Under the pieces are notes generated by a model that was not told where the DNA came from, searched no databases, and worked only from the letters and a program-made list of their open reading frames with translations. A stretch of 46,995 nucleotides of DNA from Chloroflexota bacterium (GTDB lineage Bacteria > Chloroflexota > Anaerolineae > Caldilineales > Caldilineaceae), in contig JAJRVT010000201.1 of assembly GCA_024277175.1 (NCBI GenBank), positions 1 through 46,995 on the forward strand. Reading direction: 5' to 3'. Both the position numbers and the translations under genes were made by a program. This document shows positions 31,490-41,266 of this stretch, piece after piece; positions within the stretch are counted from its first letter, which is position 1, and every line of letters begins with the position of its first letter.

Positions 31490-31595
31490 GTGACAAGATG
31501 ACAGGATGACCGTATGACAAGATGAGGGGATGACAAGATGACAGGGTGACCGTATGATGAGCGCCTTGTCATCCTGTCACCTTGTCATCTTGTCA
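31490..31595. repeat. GACAAGATGACAGG-unit tandem + inverted repeat element (family B, copy 2)
   Basis: two direct copies of tgacaagatgacagg(a/g)tgaccgtatga followed by inverted ttgtcatcctgtcaccttgtcatcttgtca. Confidence 0.65.
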
Positions 31596-32759
31596 GATTT
31601 TCGGAACCAACCTCGCCAGCCGCTCCACTGTCCGCTCCAACGAGTCCATGTCCGTGGCGATGCTGAAACGCACGTGGCCTTCGCCGGCCTGACCGAAGGC
31701 CACGCCGGGCGTGGTCGCGATCAGGGCTTCCTCCAGCAGTATCCGAGAGAGGGTCAGGCTGTCCTTGTCGGTGGCCGTGAACCGGGGGAAGACGTAGAAT
31801 GCGCCCTGGATGGGCGCGCATTCGAGGCCGGGGATCTCTTCCAGCGCGTCGAGCATGAAGCGCCGACGGGCGGTGTAGGCGGCCACCATCTCGCGCACGC
31901 AATCCTGGGACCCGTTGAGCGCGACCGCGCCGGCCGTCATCGCGAAGCTGGCCGCGGAGGTGACGCTCTGGGTCTGGAGGGTGCGCGCCAGCTTGACCAC
32001 GGACGCGGGGCCGGCCAGCCAACCGAGACGCCAGCCGGTCATGGCATAGGCCTTGCTGAAGCCGTTGACGATGATAGTGCGTTCGGCCATGCCCGATCGC
32101 GCGGCCAGGCCGTGGTGGACCGCACCATCGTAGAGAATGTGTTCGTAGATCTCGTCGCTGAGCACGTAGAGGTCGTGGGCCGCGGCCACCAGGGCGATGG
32201 CGTCCAGCTCATCCAGGGTCAGCACCCGGCCGGTGGGATTGTTGGGGCTGTTGACCATGATCAGGCGCGTGCGCGGGCTGACATGGGCCTCCAACAGGTC
32301 AGCGGTAACGCGGAAATTGTCCTCGCTGGGCAGGGCGACGCGCACGGGAACGGCCCGTTGCAGCGCCACCATGGGCCCGTAGCTCACCCAGGACGGGTCC
32401 AGCACCAGCACCTCATCGCCAGGGTTGAGGGTCACGGCCAGGGTGGCATAGATAGCCCACTTCGCGCCCGGCGTGACCATGATCTGCTCCCGCGTGACAT
32501 GGACGTCGTTCTCCCGTTCCAGCTTGGCGACGATGGCGTCGAGCAGAGCCGGGGAGCCGTGGGAGGGGGGATAGTGGGTGTCGCCGGCGAGCATGGCCTG
32601 GTGCGCAGCCTCGATGATATGCGCCGGCGTGTTGAAGTCCGGCTCGCCGCCGGCCAGGTTGATCACGTCCAGGCCGGCAGCCTTCATCTCCCGGCCCTTC
32701 TGCATCATCATGGCCGTGACTGAGGCGGGGATAGAGGTGATGAGTTCAGAAAGTTGCAT
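31593..32759 (-). CDS. class I/II pyridoxal-phosphate aminotransferase (AspC-family)
   Basis: aminotransferase fold with conserved Lys region (FSKAYAMTGWRLGW); start set at MQLSEL because upstream codons are a palindromic repeat. Confidence 0.8.
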   Translation of the reverse strand: MQLSELITSIPASVTAMMMQKGREMKAAGLDVINLAGGEPDFNTPAHIIEAAHQAMLAGDTHYPPSHGSPALLDAIVAKLERENDVHVTREQIMVTPGAKWAIYATLAVTLNPGDEVLVLDPSWVSYGPMVALQRAVPVRVALPSEDNFRVTADLLEAHVSPRTRLIMVNSPNNPTGRVLTLDELDAIALVAAAHDLYVLSDEIYEHILYDGAVHHGLAARSGMAERTIIVNGFSKAYAMTGWRLGWLAGPASVVKLARTLQTQSVTSAASFAMTAGAVALNGSQDCVREMVAAYTARRRFMLDALEEIPGLECAPIQGAFYVFPRFTATDKDSLTLSRILLEEALIATTPGVAFGQAGEGHVRFSIATDMDSLERTVERLARLVPKI

Positions 32760-32784
32760 GGTTATTTTCCAGAATACCAGAATG

Positions 32785-32878
32785 TTTGACGCAGAGTCGC
32801 GGAGACGCAAAGGGACGCAGAGAGAAATTCAAATCCCTCTTTGCGTTTCTCTGCGCCTCTGCGCCTTCGCGTCAAAGC
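32785..32878. repeat. GCAGAGA-unit palindromic element (family C, copy 2)
   Basis: tttgacgcagagtcgcggagacgcaaagggacgcagagagaaa // tttctctgcgcctctgcgccttcgcgtcaaa. Confidence 0.65.
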
Positions 32879-32881
32879 AGT

Positions 32882-34078
32882 TTACGATCCCAATACATCA
32901 GCGATGGCGTCGCAGAGATAGTCCATGTTCGCCGCCGTCAGGCCGGCCACGTTGATGCGACCGGAGCCGACAATGTAGATCGAGTGCTTGTCCCGCAGCG
33001 CAGCCACCTGCTCTGGCGTGAGACCGGAATAGGAGAACATGCCTCGCTGGCGGGCGATAAAGCTGAAATCCTGCTCCACTCCCTTTTCATTCAGAGTTTC
33101 CACCAGCAGATGACGCATGTCCCGGATGCGGTTGCGCATGGCCGTGACTTCGCCTTCCCACTGGGCGCGCAGGCCGGGATCGTTGAGCACTGTGCTGACG
33201 ATGAAACCGCCGTGGGCTGGGGGATTGGAGTAGTTGGCGCGAATGCGCTTCTTGATCTGGCTCAACACGGCCGCGGCTGTATCCGCATCCCGCGTGACCA
33301 TGGTGAGCGCGCCGACGCGCTCGTCGTAAAGGCCAAAGTTCTTGGAGTAGGAGCTGGCGATGATCATGTCCGCGCCCGATTCCGCCAGGAGGCGCAGGCC
33401 GGCTGCGTCCGCGTCCAACCCTTCGGCGAATCCTTGGTAGGCGAAGTCGAGTAGGGGCAGCAGGTTGCGCTCGCTGACCACCGCCGCCACCTGCGCCCAT
33501 TGCTCCGGCGACAGGTCCACGCCGGTGGGGTTGTGACAACAGGTGTGGAGAAGGAGGATGTCGCCCTCAGGAATGGTCTTCAGCGCGGCCAACATGCCTT
33601 CGAAGTCCACGCCCCGGGTTTCGGGATCAAAGTACGGATAGGCGGCCGTCTCCAGCCCGGCGGAGGTGAAGACATGGGGGTGATTGGGCCAGGTGGGCGT
33701 GCTCATCCAGAGGCGCTTGCCGGGCATCATGGCGGCGATGAAGTCGGCGGCCACCCGCAGCGCGCCGGTGCCGCCCGGGGTCTGAGCCGTGGCCGCGCGG
33801 CCGCTGACCACGATCTCGTAATCCGGGCCGAAAAGCATAGACTGAGTGGCGCTGATAAATTCGGGGATGCCATTGATGGGCAGGTAAGTCTTGCTGGCTT
33901 CGTTTTCCAGGAGGTAGGCCTCGGCCCGTTTGACTGAATCCAGAATAGGCGTGCGGCCGCTTTCATCTTTATAGACGCCAACGCCCAGGTTGATTTTGTT
34001 GGGGTTCGGGTCTTTTTTGAAGGCGTCGGTCAGGCCCAGAATGGAATCAGGCGGCGCGGCTTGAATGGTTTCGAACAT
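32882..34078 (-). CDS. aspC: aspartate/aromatic amino acid aminotransferase (AspC/TyrB subfamily Ia)
   Basis: close pattern match to E. coli AspC family: GVGVYKDESG, SKNFGLYDERVG, 398 aa. Confidence 0.85.
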   Translation of the reverse strand: MFETIQAAPPDSILGLTDAFKKDPNPNKINLGVGVYKDESGRTPILDSVKRAEAYLLENEASKTYLPINGIPEFISATQSMLFGPDYEIVVSGRAATAQTPGGTGALRVAADFIAAMMPGKRLWMSTPTWPNHPHVFTSAGLETAAYPYFDPETRGVDFEGMLAALKTIPEGDILLLHTCCHNPTGVDLSPEQWAQVAAVVSERNLLPLLDFAYQGFAEGLDADAAGLRLLAESGADMIIASSYSKNFGLYDERVGALTMVTRDADTAAAVLSQIKKRIRANYSNPPAHGGFIVSTVLNDPGLRAQWEGEVTAMRNRIRDMRHLLVETLNEKGVEQDFSFIARQRGMFSYSGLTPEQVAALRDKHSIYIVGSGRINVAGLTAANMDYLCDAIADVLGS

Positions 34079-34374
34079 GGTCTCCGTCCTCTCCTCATGG
34101 TGAAAAAATACGGTCGTCGCCTATGGATGACGAACATGGCGACTATTATAATCCATCTGGTGAAAATCCGCCCGATTGATCCCAGACCGTTCAGAGGTGT
34201 CACCTCGATATTTCGGGGCAGGGTGCGTTGCACTGCCCCAGAACAGGTTGGAGTATCCCGATGCACCCGGTCGGTGCGACGGACTCCCCCGGTTTGTTGA
34301 GCAGATACGTTCAGAGAAACAAATCGTTCCACGTTTTTATGCTATACTGGCCCGCAAACGAAAGCAAAGCCCGC

Positions 34375-35019
34375 ATGGAGATCCGCATGGAAACGAACCT
34401 AATGGATCAGACACAACCCGAGGACAAAGCCGCGGCCATGGAAGCCATCCGCCGCGAGATCGAGCAACTGACCGAGTCGCCCCTCTACGAATACCGGGTC
34501 GCCAACGGCTATCAGCCGGTGATCGGCGCGGGCAGCCTGGATGCGGACGTCGTCTTCATCGGCGAGGCCCCGGGCAAGCAGGAGGCGCTGACCGGCCAGC
34601 CCTTCGTGGGTGCGTCGGGCCGCATTCTGGATGAACTCCTGGCGAGCATCGGCCTGAGCCGCGAGGAGGTCTATATCACCAACGTGGTCAAGGACCGCCC
34701 GCCCAACAACCGGGATCCGCGGCCGGCCGAGATCGCGCTCTATTCGCCCTTCCTGGTGCGCCAACTCGCCATCATCCAGCCCCGGATCATCGCACCCCTG
34801 GGCCGTTTCGCCATGGATTTCACGCTCAATCTCTTCCACCTGCCCCAGGCCGGCGGCAAGATCAGCCAACTCCACGGCCAGCCCATTCCCGCGCGCACCA
34901 GCTACGGCGAGATCAAGATCGTTCCCCTCTACCACCCCGCGGTCGCGCTCTACCAACGCACGAAGCTTCAGACCTTGCAAGATGATTTCCGACGACTGAT
35001 TGAAGAGCAAGGGGTGTGA
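34375..35019 (+). CDS. uracil-DNA glycosylase family 4
   Basis: GEAPG...GQPFVGASG motif and HPA... C-terminal motif; track ORF starts at an upstream TTG but the conserved domain begins at MEIRMETN. Confidence 0.8.
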   Translation: MEIRMETNLMDQTQPEDKAAAMEAIRREIEQLTESPLYEYRVANGYQPVIGAGSLDADVVFIGEAPGKQEALTGQPFVGASGRILDELLASIGLSREEVYITNVVKDRPPNNRDPRPAEIALYSPFLVRQLAIIQPRIIAPLGRFAMDFTLNLFHLPQAGGKISQLHGQPIPARTSYGEIKIVPLYHPAVALYQRTKLQTLQDDFRRLIEEQGV

Positions 35020-35114
35020 CGCAGAGGCGCAAAGTCGCAGAGGAACGCAGAGAAAGGCGCTTCTTCTAACATTGTAGTTCTCTGCGCCCCTTTGCGCCTC
35101 CGCGTCTCTGCGTC
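35015..35114. repeat. GCAGAGA-unit palindromic element (family C, copy 3)
   Basis: gtgacgcagaggcgcaaagtcgcagaggaacgcagagaaagg // gttctctgcgcccctttgcgcctccgcgtctctgcgtc; between convergent UDG and selenoprotein genes. Confidence 0.65.
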
Positions 35115-35128
35115 GAAGCATTTTCCCG

Positions 35129-35830
35129 CTACCCGAACGCGGCCCGGAACTCACTTACGGCCTTGGGACCGTTACGATCGAGGCCGGCGTAGAAGCCTTC
35201 CCGGTCCTGGGTGCGATAGTCCAGGCGCTCCACGTGGAAGGGGGCCAGGCGAGCGCCGCTGCGCCGTCGCCGCTTCACATCCAGAAAGTATTGAAGCGCG
35301 TTCTCCACGCTGGCGGCGTCGGTCCAGTCAGACTTGTAGACGGGGACGCCGGACTTGTTGAAGATCCACGTCATGTTGGGCATGGAACCGTAGGCCCGAT
35401 GGCAGGCGCCGTCCAGCGCGTCCACCAGGATGGACCGGGTGACGCCCAGTTTGTCGCGCAGGTCCCGGGCGTTGCTGAACTTCTGGGCCATGGAGGTGAG
35501 GCGGGGATAGATCTCGCCGGGATGGGCTTCGTGGGTGTAGAGGAAGACCGCGCCCACGCCCTGGTCACGGTAGCGGTCGGCGATTTCATTCATGGATGGC
35601 GCCGCCATCCCGCAGTATGGTCAGGTGAAGCTGCCGAACTCGACCACGGTGTAGGCGTGCCCGCGCAGGGTCTGGGCGAGGCTGGTTTCGCCGCCGTCCA
35701 GCCGCCAGAGGGGGAAGTCAGGGGTGCGCTCGCCCAGGGGCGGGCTTTCGTCGAAGCGCATCCAGGGCATGAACTTTTCCGGGACGAAGCTGTCGTAGTT
35801 GTAGGCGTTGAGCAGATCGGCGTCTGGCAT
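35129..35830 (-). CDS. iodothyronine-deiodinase-like thioredoxin-fold protein with in-frame TGA (candidate selenocysteine) at 35621-35623
   Basis: ORFs 35621..35830 and 35129..35608 are in the same frame, separated only by TGA+4 codons; joined protein reads ...YTVVEFGSFT-U-PYCG...VGAVFLYTHEAHPGE, matching deiodinase FGSxTUPxF...YIxEAH. Confidence 0.6.
35594..35610 (-). promoter_or_regulatory. small hairpin (7-bp stem, GGC loop) beginning 10 nt 3' of the in-frame UGA; candidate minimal bacterial SECIS
   Basis: minus-strand ggauggc-ggc-gccaucc; spacing from UGA similar to the ~11 nt reported for E. coli fdhF SECIS. Confidence 0.35.
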
Positions 35831-35981
35831 GGTTTCTCCTCAGCGTACAGGCTGGTGCAGAAAGTGCAAATAGATTTCTTGTACATAGTATGCGCTTTAG
35901 CGCGGTTGTTGGTTAGACTACGCTATCCTATGAACGGTAGATGACAATCATGCCTGAAAGAGCATTTTTACGCAACAGAGT

Positions 35982-36010
35982 TTGACATCCCCCATTCTCC
36001 GCACTATGCT
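35982..36010 (+). promoter_or_regulatory. sigma70-like promoter TTGACA-17-TATGCT upstream of M20 amidohydrolase gene
   Basis: TTGACA 35982-35987, 17-nt spacer, TATGCT 36005-36010; GAGGTGA RBS before ATG at 36062. Confidence 0.4.
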
Positions 36011-36061
36011 TACCCCATTCATCAAGCAATCGCACCACTCACACAACCATCCAACCATGAG

Positions 36062-37240
36062 GTGACAACCATGTTAGAAGAAGCCCAAGCGTTGGCCGAG
36101 CAACTGGTGGCCTGGCGGCGCGACATTCACATGCACCCTGAACTCTCCTTCCAGGAAAACCGGACCGCGCGGCTGGTGGCCGACGAACTGGAATCCATGG
36201 GGATCGAAGCTCAGACCGGCGTCGGCAAGACCGGCGTAGTCGGCTACCTGGGCGAAGGCGGCCCCGTTATCGCCATCCGCGGCGACATGGATGCGCTCCC
36301 CATCCAGGAGGACCACGACGTGCCCTACGCCTCCCGGACGCCCGGGGTCATGCACGCCTGTGGGCACGACGCGCACACGGCCATGCTCATGGGCGTGGCC
36401 CGCCTGCTCAGCCAGATGCCCGACCGCCCGCCGGGCCAGGTGCGCTTTCTCTTCCAGCCCTCGGAAGAGGCGTCCGACGACGAGAACAAGTCGGGCGCGG
36501 TGCGTATGATCGAGGACGACGCCCTGGAAGGCGTGGACGCGGTCATCGCCCTGCACGTGGACAGCACGACCGAAGCCGGCAAGATCATGCTGGAGGAAGG
36601 CTACGCCTCGGCCAACGAGGACTCCTTCACCATCCAACTGATGGGCGATGGCGGCCACGGGGCCATGCCTGACAAGGGCGTCGACCCTATCTTCATCCTG
36701 GCGCAGGTCATCAACGCCATCAACGGCATCCGCGCCCGACGGGTGGACCCGACCAAGGCCGCGGCCATCTCCATCGGCTCCATCCACGCCGGAGTCGCGT
36801 CCAACGTCATCCCCAGCGTGGTGACCATCACCGGCACCATGCGCAGCTTCGATGACGAGGTGCGGGCGCAGTTGAAGACGGAACTGGCCCGCATGCTGGA
36901 GGTGGCCCGCGCGCTGGGCGGCGACTTCAATCTGACGTTCAAGCAGGGATACCCGTCCATGTACAACGATCCCGAAGTCTGCGCGTTGATGCGGGAGACC
37001 ATCACCGATGTGCTGGGCGAAGACGCCTTGCTCCACGCCGAACCCATGATGGGCGCGGAGGATTTCAGCTATATGACCCGCAAAGCGCCGGGCGCCATGT
37101 TCATGCTGGGCGCCAAGTATGACGACGTCAGCCGGGGTCATCACACGCCCGTCTTCGACATCGACGAATCGGTGTTGCCCAAGGGCGCGGCTCTGCTGGC
37201 GGAGATGGCCTGCCGCCTGCTGCGCGAAAAAGCCTCATGA
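36062..37240 (+). CDS. M20D-family amidohydrolase (N-acyl-L-amino-acid amidohydrolase / hippurate hydrolase type)
   Basis: MHACGHDAHTAM metal-binding motif, dimerisation domain, 392 aa. Confidence 0.85.
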   Translation: MTTMLEEAQALAEQLVAWRRDIHMHPELSFQENRTARLVADELESMGIEAQTGVGKTGVVGYLGEGGPVIAIRGDMDALPIQEDHDVPYASRTPGVMHACGHDAHTAMLMGVARLLSQMPDRPPGQVRFLFQPSEEASDDENKSGAVRMIEDDALEGVDAVIALHVDSTTEAGKIMLEEGYASANEDSFTIQLMGDGGHGAMPDKGVDPIFILAQVINAINGIRARRVDPTKAAAISIGSIHAGVASNVIPSVVTITGTMRSFDDEVRAQLKTELARMLEVARALGGDFNLTFKQGYPSMYNDPEVCALMRETITDVLGEDALLHAEPMMGAEDFSYMTRKAPGAMFMLGAKYDDVSRGHHTPVFDIDESVLPKGAALLAEMACRLLREKAS

Positions 37241-38127
37241 ATCGAGGCGTCGTCTATGGCGTGACCGCATACGCAATGTGGGGCGTGCTTCCCATCTACT
37301 GGAAGGTGCTCCACAGCGTCCCGGCCATCCAGATTCTGGCCCACCGTATGGTCTGGTCACTGCTCTTCTGCCTGCTGCTGCTGACTATGACCCGTAATTG
37401 GGGCTGGCTGTCCGCGGCCCTGCGCGACCGACGGACCGTGTTCACTTTTCTGGGCGCGGCCGCGCTGCTCTCCGTCAACTGGTTCACCTACATCTGGGCC
37501 ATTAACGCCGGCTTCATCGTGGAGACCAGTCTGGGCTACTTCATCAACCCCCTGGTCAGCGTGTTGATCGGCGTCATCGTCCTCCATGAGCGGCTGCGTT
37601 CCTGGCAATGGACGGCCATCGGCTTGGCTTTTGGAGGCGTGCTCTACCTGACCGTGGCCTATGGCGCGCTGCCCTGGATCGCGCTCACCCTGGCCTTCAC
37701 TTTCGCTTTCTATGGTCTGCTCAAGAAACAGGTGCGGGTCGGTGCGGTGGAAAGCATGGCTGCGGAGACCGCGATCATGAGCGTCCCAGCGCTGCTCTTT
37801 CTGCTCTGGCTGGCCAGCCAGGGGCGAGGCGCGCTGGGCCATGGGAGCGTGGCGGTCAGCCTTCTCCTCGTCGGATCCGGCGCGGCCACTGCAATTCCGC
37901 TGATCTTCTTTGCAGCCGCGGCCCATCGCATCCCCCTGAGCCTCGTCGGCATTCTCCAATACCTCGCCCCCACCCTCCAGTTCCTGATCGGCGTCTTCAT
38001 TTACCACGAAGCCTTTGGCCGCACGCGCCTGATCGGCTTCAGCATCATCTGGGCGGCTCTCCTTATCTACACCGTGGAAGGCCTCCACCAGCGGCGGCGG
38101 TTGCACCAGGTTCCGGTGGAGGCGTGA
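37237..38127 (+). CDS. rarD: EamA-family transporter RarD
   Basis: 10-TM DMT protein with RarD-like N-terminus (GVVYGVTAYAMWGVLPIYWK); 4-nt overlap with upstream gene. Confidence 0.75.
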   Translation: MNRGVVYGVTAYAMWGVLPIYWKVLHSVPAIQILAHRMVWSLLFCLLLLTMTRNWGWLSAALRDRRTVFTFLGAAALLSVNWFTYIWAINAGFIVETSLGYFINPLVSVLIGVIVLHERLRSWQWTAIGLAFGGVLYLTVAYGALPWIALTLAFTFAFYGLLKKQVRVGAVESMAAETAIMSVPALLFLLWLASQGRGALGHGSVAVSLLLVGSGAATAIPLIFFAAAAHRIPLSLVGILQYLAPTLQFLIGVFIYHEAFGRTRLIGFSIIWAALLIYTVEGLHQRRRLHQVPVEA

Positions 38128-38260
38128 AGGCGTGAAACGTAAGATCGCCGCGAACTAAGTGACGCCGCGCCCCTTACGAGTCATGCTTCACGTTTCACGT
38201 CTTCGCGCCTCCACGTCTTCGCGCCTCCACGTCTTTACGTTCCATGTTTCATCTCCAATT
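38128..38260. repeat. palindromic/tandem repeat element (family D: gtgaaggcgtgaaacgtaag // cttacg...cacgtttcac plus 2.5 direct copies of cacgtcttcgcgcctc)
   Basis: direct 16-mer repeats at ~38196-38240 and flanking inverted arms immediately after rarD stop. Confidence 0.55.
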
Positions 38261-38469
38261 TCTCCATTTTCCTTCTTTGCGCGAAGGATTCCTCAAACCC
38301 ACACGATAAAGAGTGCAGGTAGCGCCCGGAAGGGTAGCACAGCCGGATTTCACCGGCGATTTCAAAGCTAATCGTTGCCGGAGGCAATGCAGTGCGTGTG
38401 ATTGCAAGGCCGCCGTCACTGAACCATACAGCGCCAATCTTTGGCTGTTTTAGAAGGAGGCAACATCAG

Positions 38470-38802
38470 ATGGCTGAGCTTATCAGGGTTTCCGCCCACT
38501 CCCGTTCGACCGCCGTGGCTGGCGCTATTGCCGGCGTCATGCGCGAGCATGGATACGCAGAAATGCAGGCTATTGGGGCCAGCGCCGTGAACCAGGCCAT
38601 CAAAGCCATCGCCATTGCCCGCGGCTATCTTGAACAGGATGACATCGACCTGGCGGTGATCCCTAAATTCACCGAGGTTGACATCGATGGCAACGAGCGC
38701 ACCGCCGTCCGTCTGTCCATCTATAAACGGCCAAACTCACTCTACACGCCCGCTGTTCTGGCCCGTCGCAACAGCAGCGCGCTGTTGGAAGCGGCCATAT
38801 AG
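38470..38802 (+). CDS. spoVS: stage V sporulation protein S homolog (SpoVS family)
   Basis: MAELIRVSAHSRSTAVAGAIAGVMREHGYAEMQAIGASAVNQAIKAIAIARGY strongly matches SpoVS; AAGGAGG RBS 10 nt upstream; annotated upstream extension lacks similarity. Confidence 0.8.
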   Translation: MAELIRVSAHSRSTAVAGAIAGVMREHGYAEMQAIGASAVNQAIKAIAIARGYLEQDDIDLAVIPKFTEVDIDGNERTAVRLSIYKRPNSLYTPAVLARRNSSALLEAAI

Positions 38803-38945
38803 GTCAGTGACCGCGGTTCGAACATAACGTAGTCGCGCCCTCTCAAAAAGCGGGATCGCGGAGCGTTGCAAGAGATTGTGCAGAGAGTCCCAGAGAGTTC
38901 TTGAGGGCTTTCCCTGAAATATTAAGAAGACGCACATAGTCCAAT

Positions 38946-38986
38946 AAAAAAAATGCGAACGCCATTCCTGGCGTTCGCATTTTTTG
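38946..38986. terminator. bidirectional intrinsic terminator (A8 - 12-bp perfect stem/4-nt loop - T6)
   Basis: aaaaaaaa-tgcgaacgcca-ttcc-tggcgttcgca-tttttt between convergent spoVS and ricT. Confidence 0.75.
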
Positions 38987-39057
38987 TTAAACTGAGGCGG
39001 TCTCCCTACATTCTGGCGGAAGAACCCCGACAGCCATTAAAAACAGACATGGCCTGT

Positions 39058-40050
<993 letters not shown>

Positions 40051-40066
40051 CTAAAGGTAACTCCTC

Positions 40067-41137
40067 TCAGACCCGATGGGTCGTCAGGCTTGGCATTTGT
40101 AAAAGCAACACGTCCAGCGCCAGGCGCGTATTCACCGTATGATGAAGATACCCCTCGATACGGTTGAGCGTCTCCAGATAACGACGCACCTCCGCATCGG
40201 AGAGTGCATCAGCCTGACGCTGAAGTTCCGACTTACAATCCACATTGCTACAGGCGTCGAGCGCGCCCGCCTGAGCTAACATCACGTCTCGCCACCATGT
40301 GGTCCAAAGGGCCAGCATGCCGAACAGACGCCGATTATCACGGTTGGACGCCAACGACGCCGCGAAGGCCATACGTTCGATCCGGTTCGCGCCCACCAGA
40401 CGCCACAACGTCTCCAGTTCAGCCGTACGCTGGTCCAAGCCATCGGGGAGCGTCTGCTGCTCTACAGCCCACCCCAGCCGGCCACTGGCGAGACGGGCCA
40501 GAAGCTCCGCCTGCTCAGCGTCCACGTCCCACTGTTGGCGCAGGGCCAGGGCCACGACGGCGGCGTCCACCGGACGCAAGTCGAAGACCTGACATCGGCT
40601 GACGATGGTGGGCAACAGGCTATTACGATCGCTGGCCGTGAGCGCAAGCACCACCTGGGCGGGCGGCTCTTCCAGGGTTTTCAGAAGCTTGTTAGCAAAA
40701 TGTGGATGCGCGCGCTGAAAATCCTGGATCAGAAAAACCTTATAGCGCCCCTCCATGGGGCTGGTGGAGACGTCGCGAATGATCCCAGCCGCCTGCTCCA
40801 CCCGCAGCAGCCCATTTTCCCGATCCGGTTCGCCATCACTGTTCAGCGGTTGGATCAGGCGAAAGTCCGGGTGATTGCCGTGGGCCATCAACCGGCACGA
40901 ACGGCATTCGCCACAGGGCGCACGGTCAGAATTCTCACAGAGCAGCGCCTGTGCAAACGCACGCGCAAGCGTCGTTTTCCCCACCTGCTGCGGACCGGTG
41001 AAGAGGTAGGCGTGCCCCAACCTGGCCGGCGCGCTGCCCGTCTCACCGGTCGGGGCGATGGCCCGTTGCAGCAGTTGCACAACCCAGTCATGTCCGTAGA
41101 CCGGCCAATTCGTTTCCGAGGCAAGCGTTGCATTCAC
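40067..41137 (-). CDS. holB: DNA polymerase III delta-prime subunit
   Basis: AAA+ clamp-loader fold, GPQQVGKTT Walker A, zinc module CGECRSCRL, SRC-like motif. Confidence 0.85.
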   Translation of the reverse strand: MNATLASETNWPVYGHDWVVQLLQRAIAPTGETGSAPARLGHAYLFTGPQQVGKTTLARAFAQALLCENSDRAPCGECRSCRLMAHGNHPDFRLIQPLNSDGEPDRENGLLRVEQAAGIIRDVSTSPMEGRYKVFLIQDFQRAHPHFANKLLKTLEEPPAQVVLALTASDRNSLLPTIVSRCQVFDLRPVDAAVVALALRQQWDVDAEQAELLARLASGRLGWAVEQQTLPDGLDQRTAELETLWRLVGANRIERMAFAASLASNRDNRRLFGMLALWTTWWRDVMLAQAGALDACSNVDCKSELQRQADALSDAEVRRYLETLNRIEGYLHHTVNTRLALDVLLLQMPSLTTHRV

Positions 41138-41266
41138 AAGCGCGTTACTCGATCCAGGTGCTCACTCAAAATCAATGACAGCGCCGCGATTGTATCACAG
41201 GCGAAATGGGCCACCAAATCAACGCGGAAAAGCAGGCTGAACAGACGGCTATGCTATAATGCAGCC

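Noticed and set aside
31459-31572. N-terminal extension of the TauE ORF (MTRRSSYGHPVILSSPHLVIRSS...); analogous extensions for the trHb ORF (17037..17078), the aminotransferase ORF (32760..32810), the UDG ORF (34228..34374, TTG start) and the dnaA ORF (25115..25375)
   Set aside because: The extra codons are translations of palindromic or tandem repeat elements, or lack any similarity, whereas the conserved protein begins at an internal Met with a plausible RBS. Treated as ORF-caller read-through, not coding sequence.
35609-35623. Interpreting the TGA at 35621-35623 as a genuine stop producing two separate genes, or as a pseudogene
   Set aside because: The fragments are co-linear and in-frame, and together reconstruct a complete deiodinase-like thioredoxin fold with the stop precisely at the Sec/Cys column. 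The downstream piece starts only 4 codons later with no independent RBS. Selenocysteine recoding fits better than a split gene, though sel machinery could not be checked in this window.
38196-38245. Possible CRISPR array (tandem cacgtcttcgcgcctc repeats); likewise the tandem units at 31490..31560
   Set aside because: Repeats are 14-16 nt with no interspersed unique spacers of CRISPR length, only 2-3 copies, and no cas genes in the window. Interpreted as simple tandem / palindromic elements.
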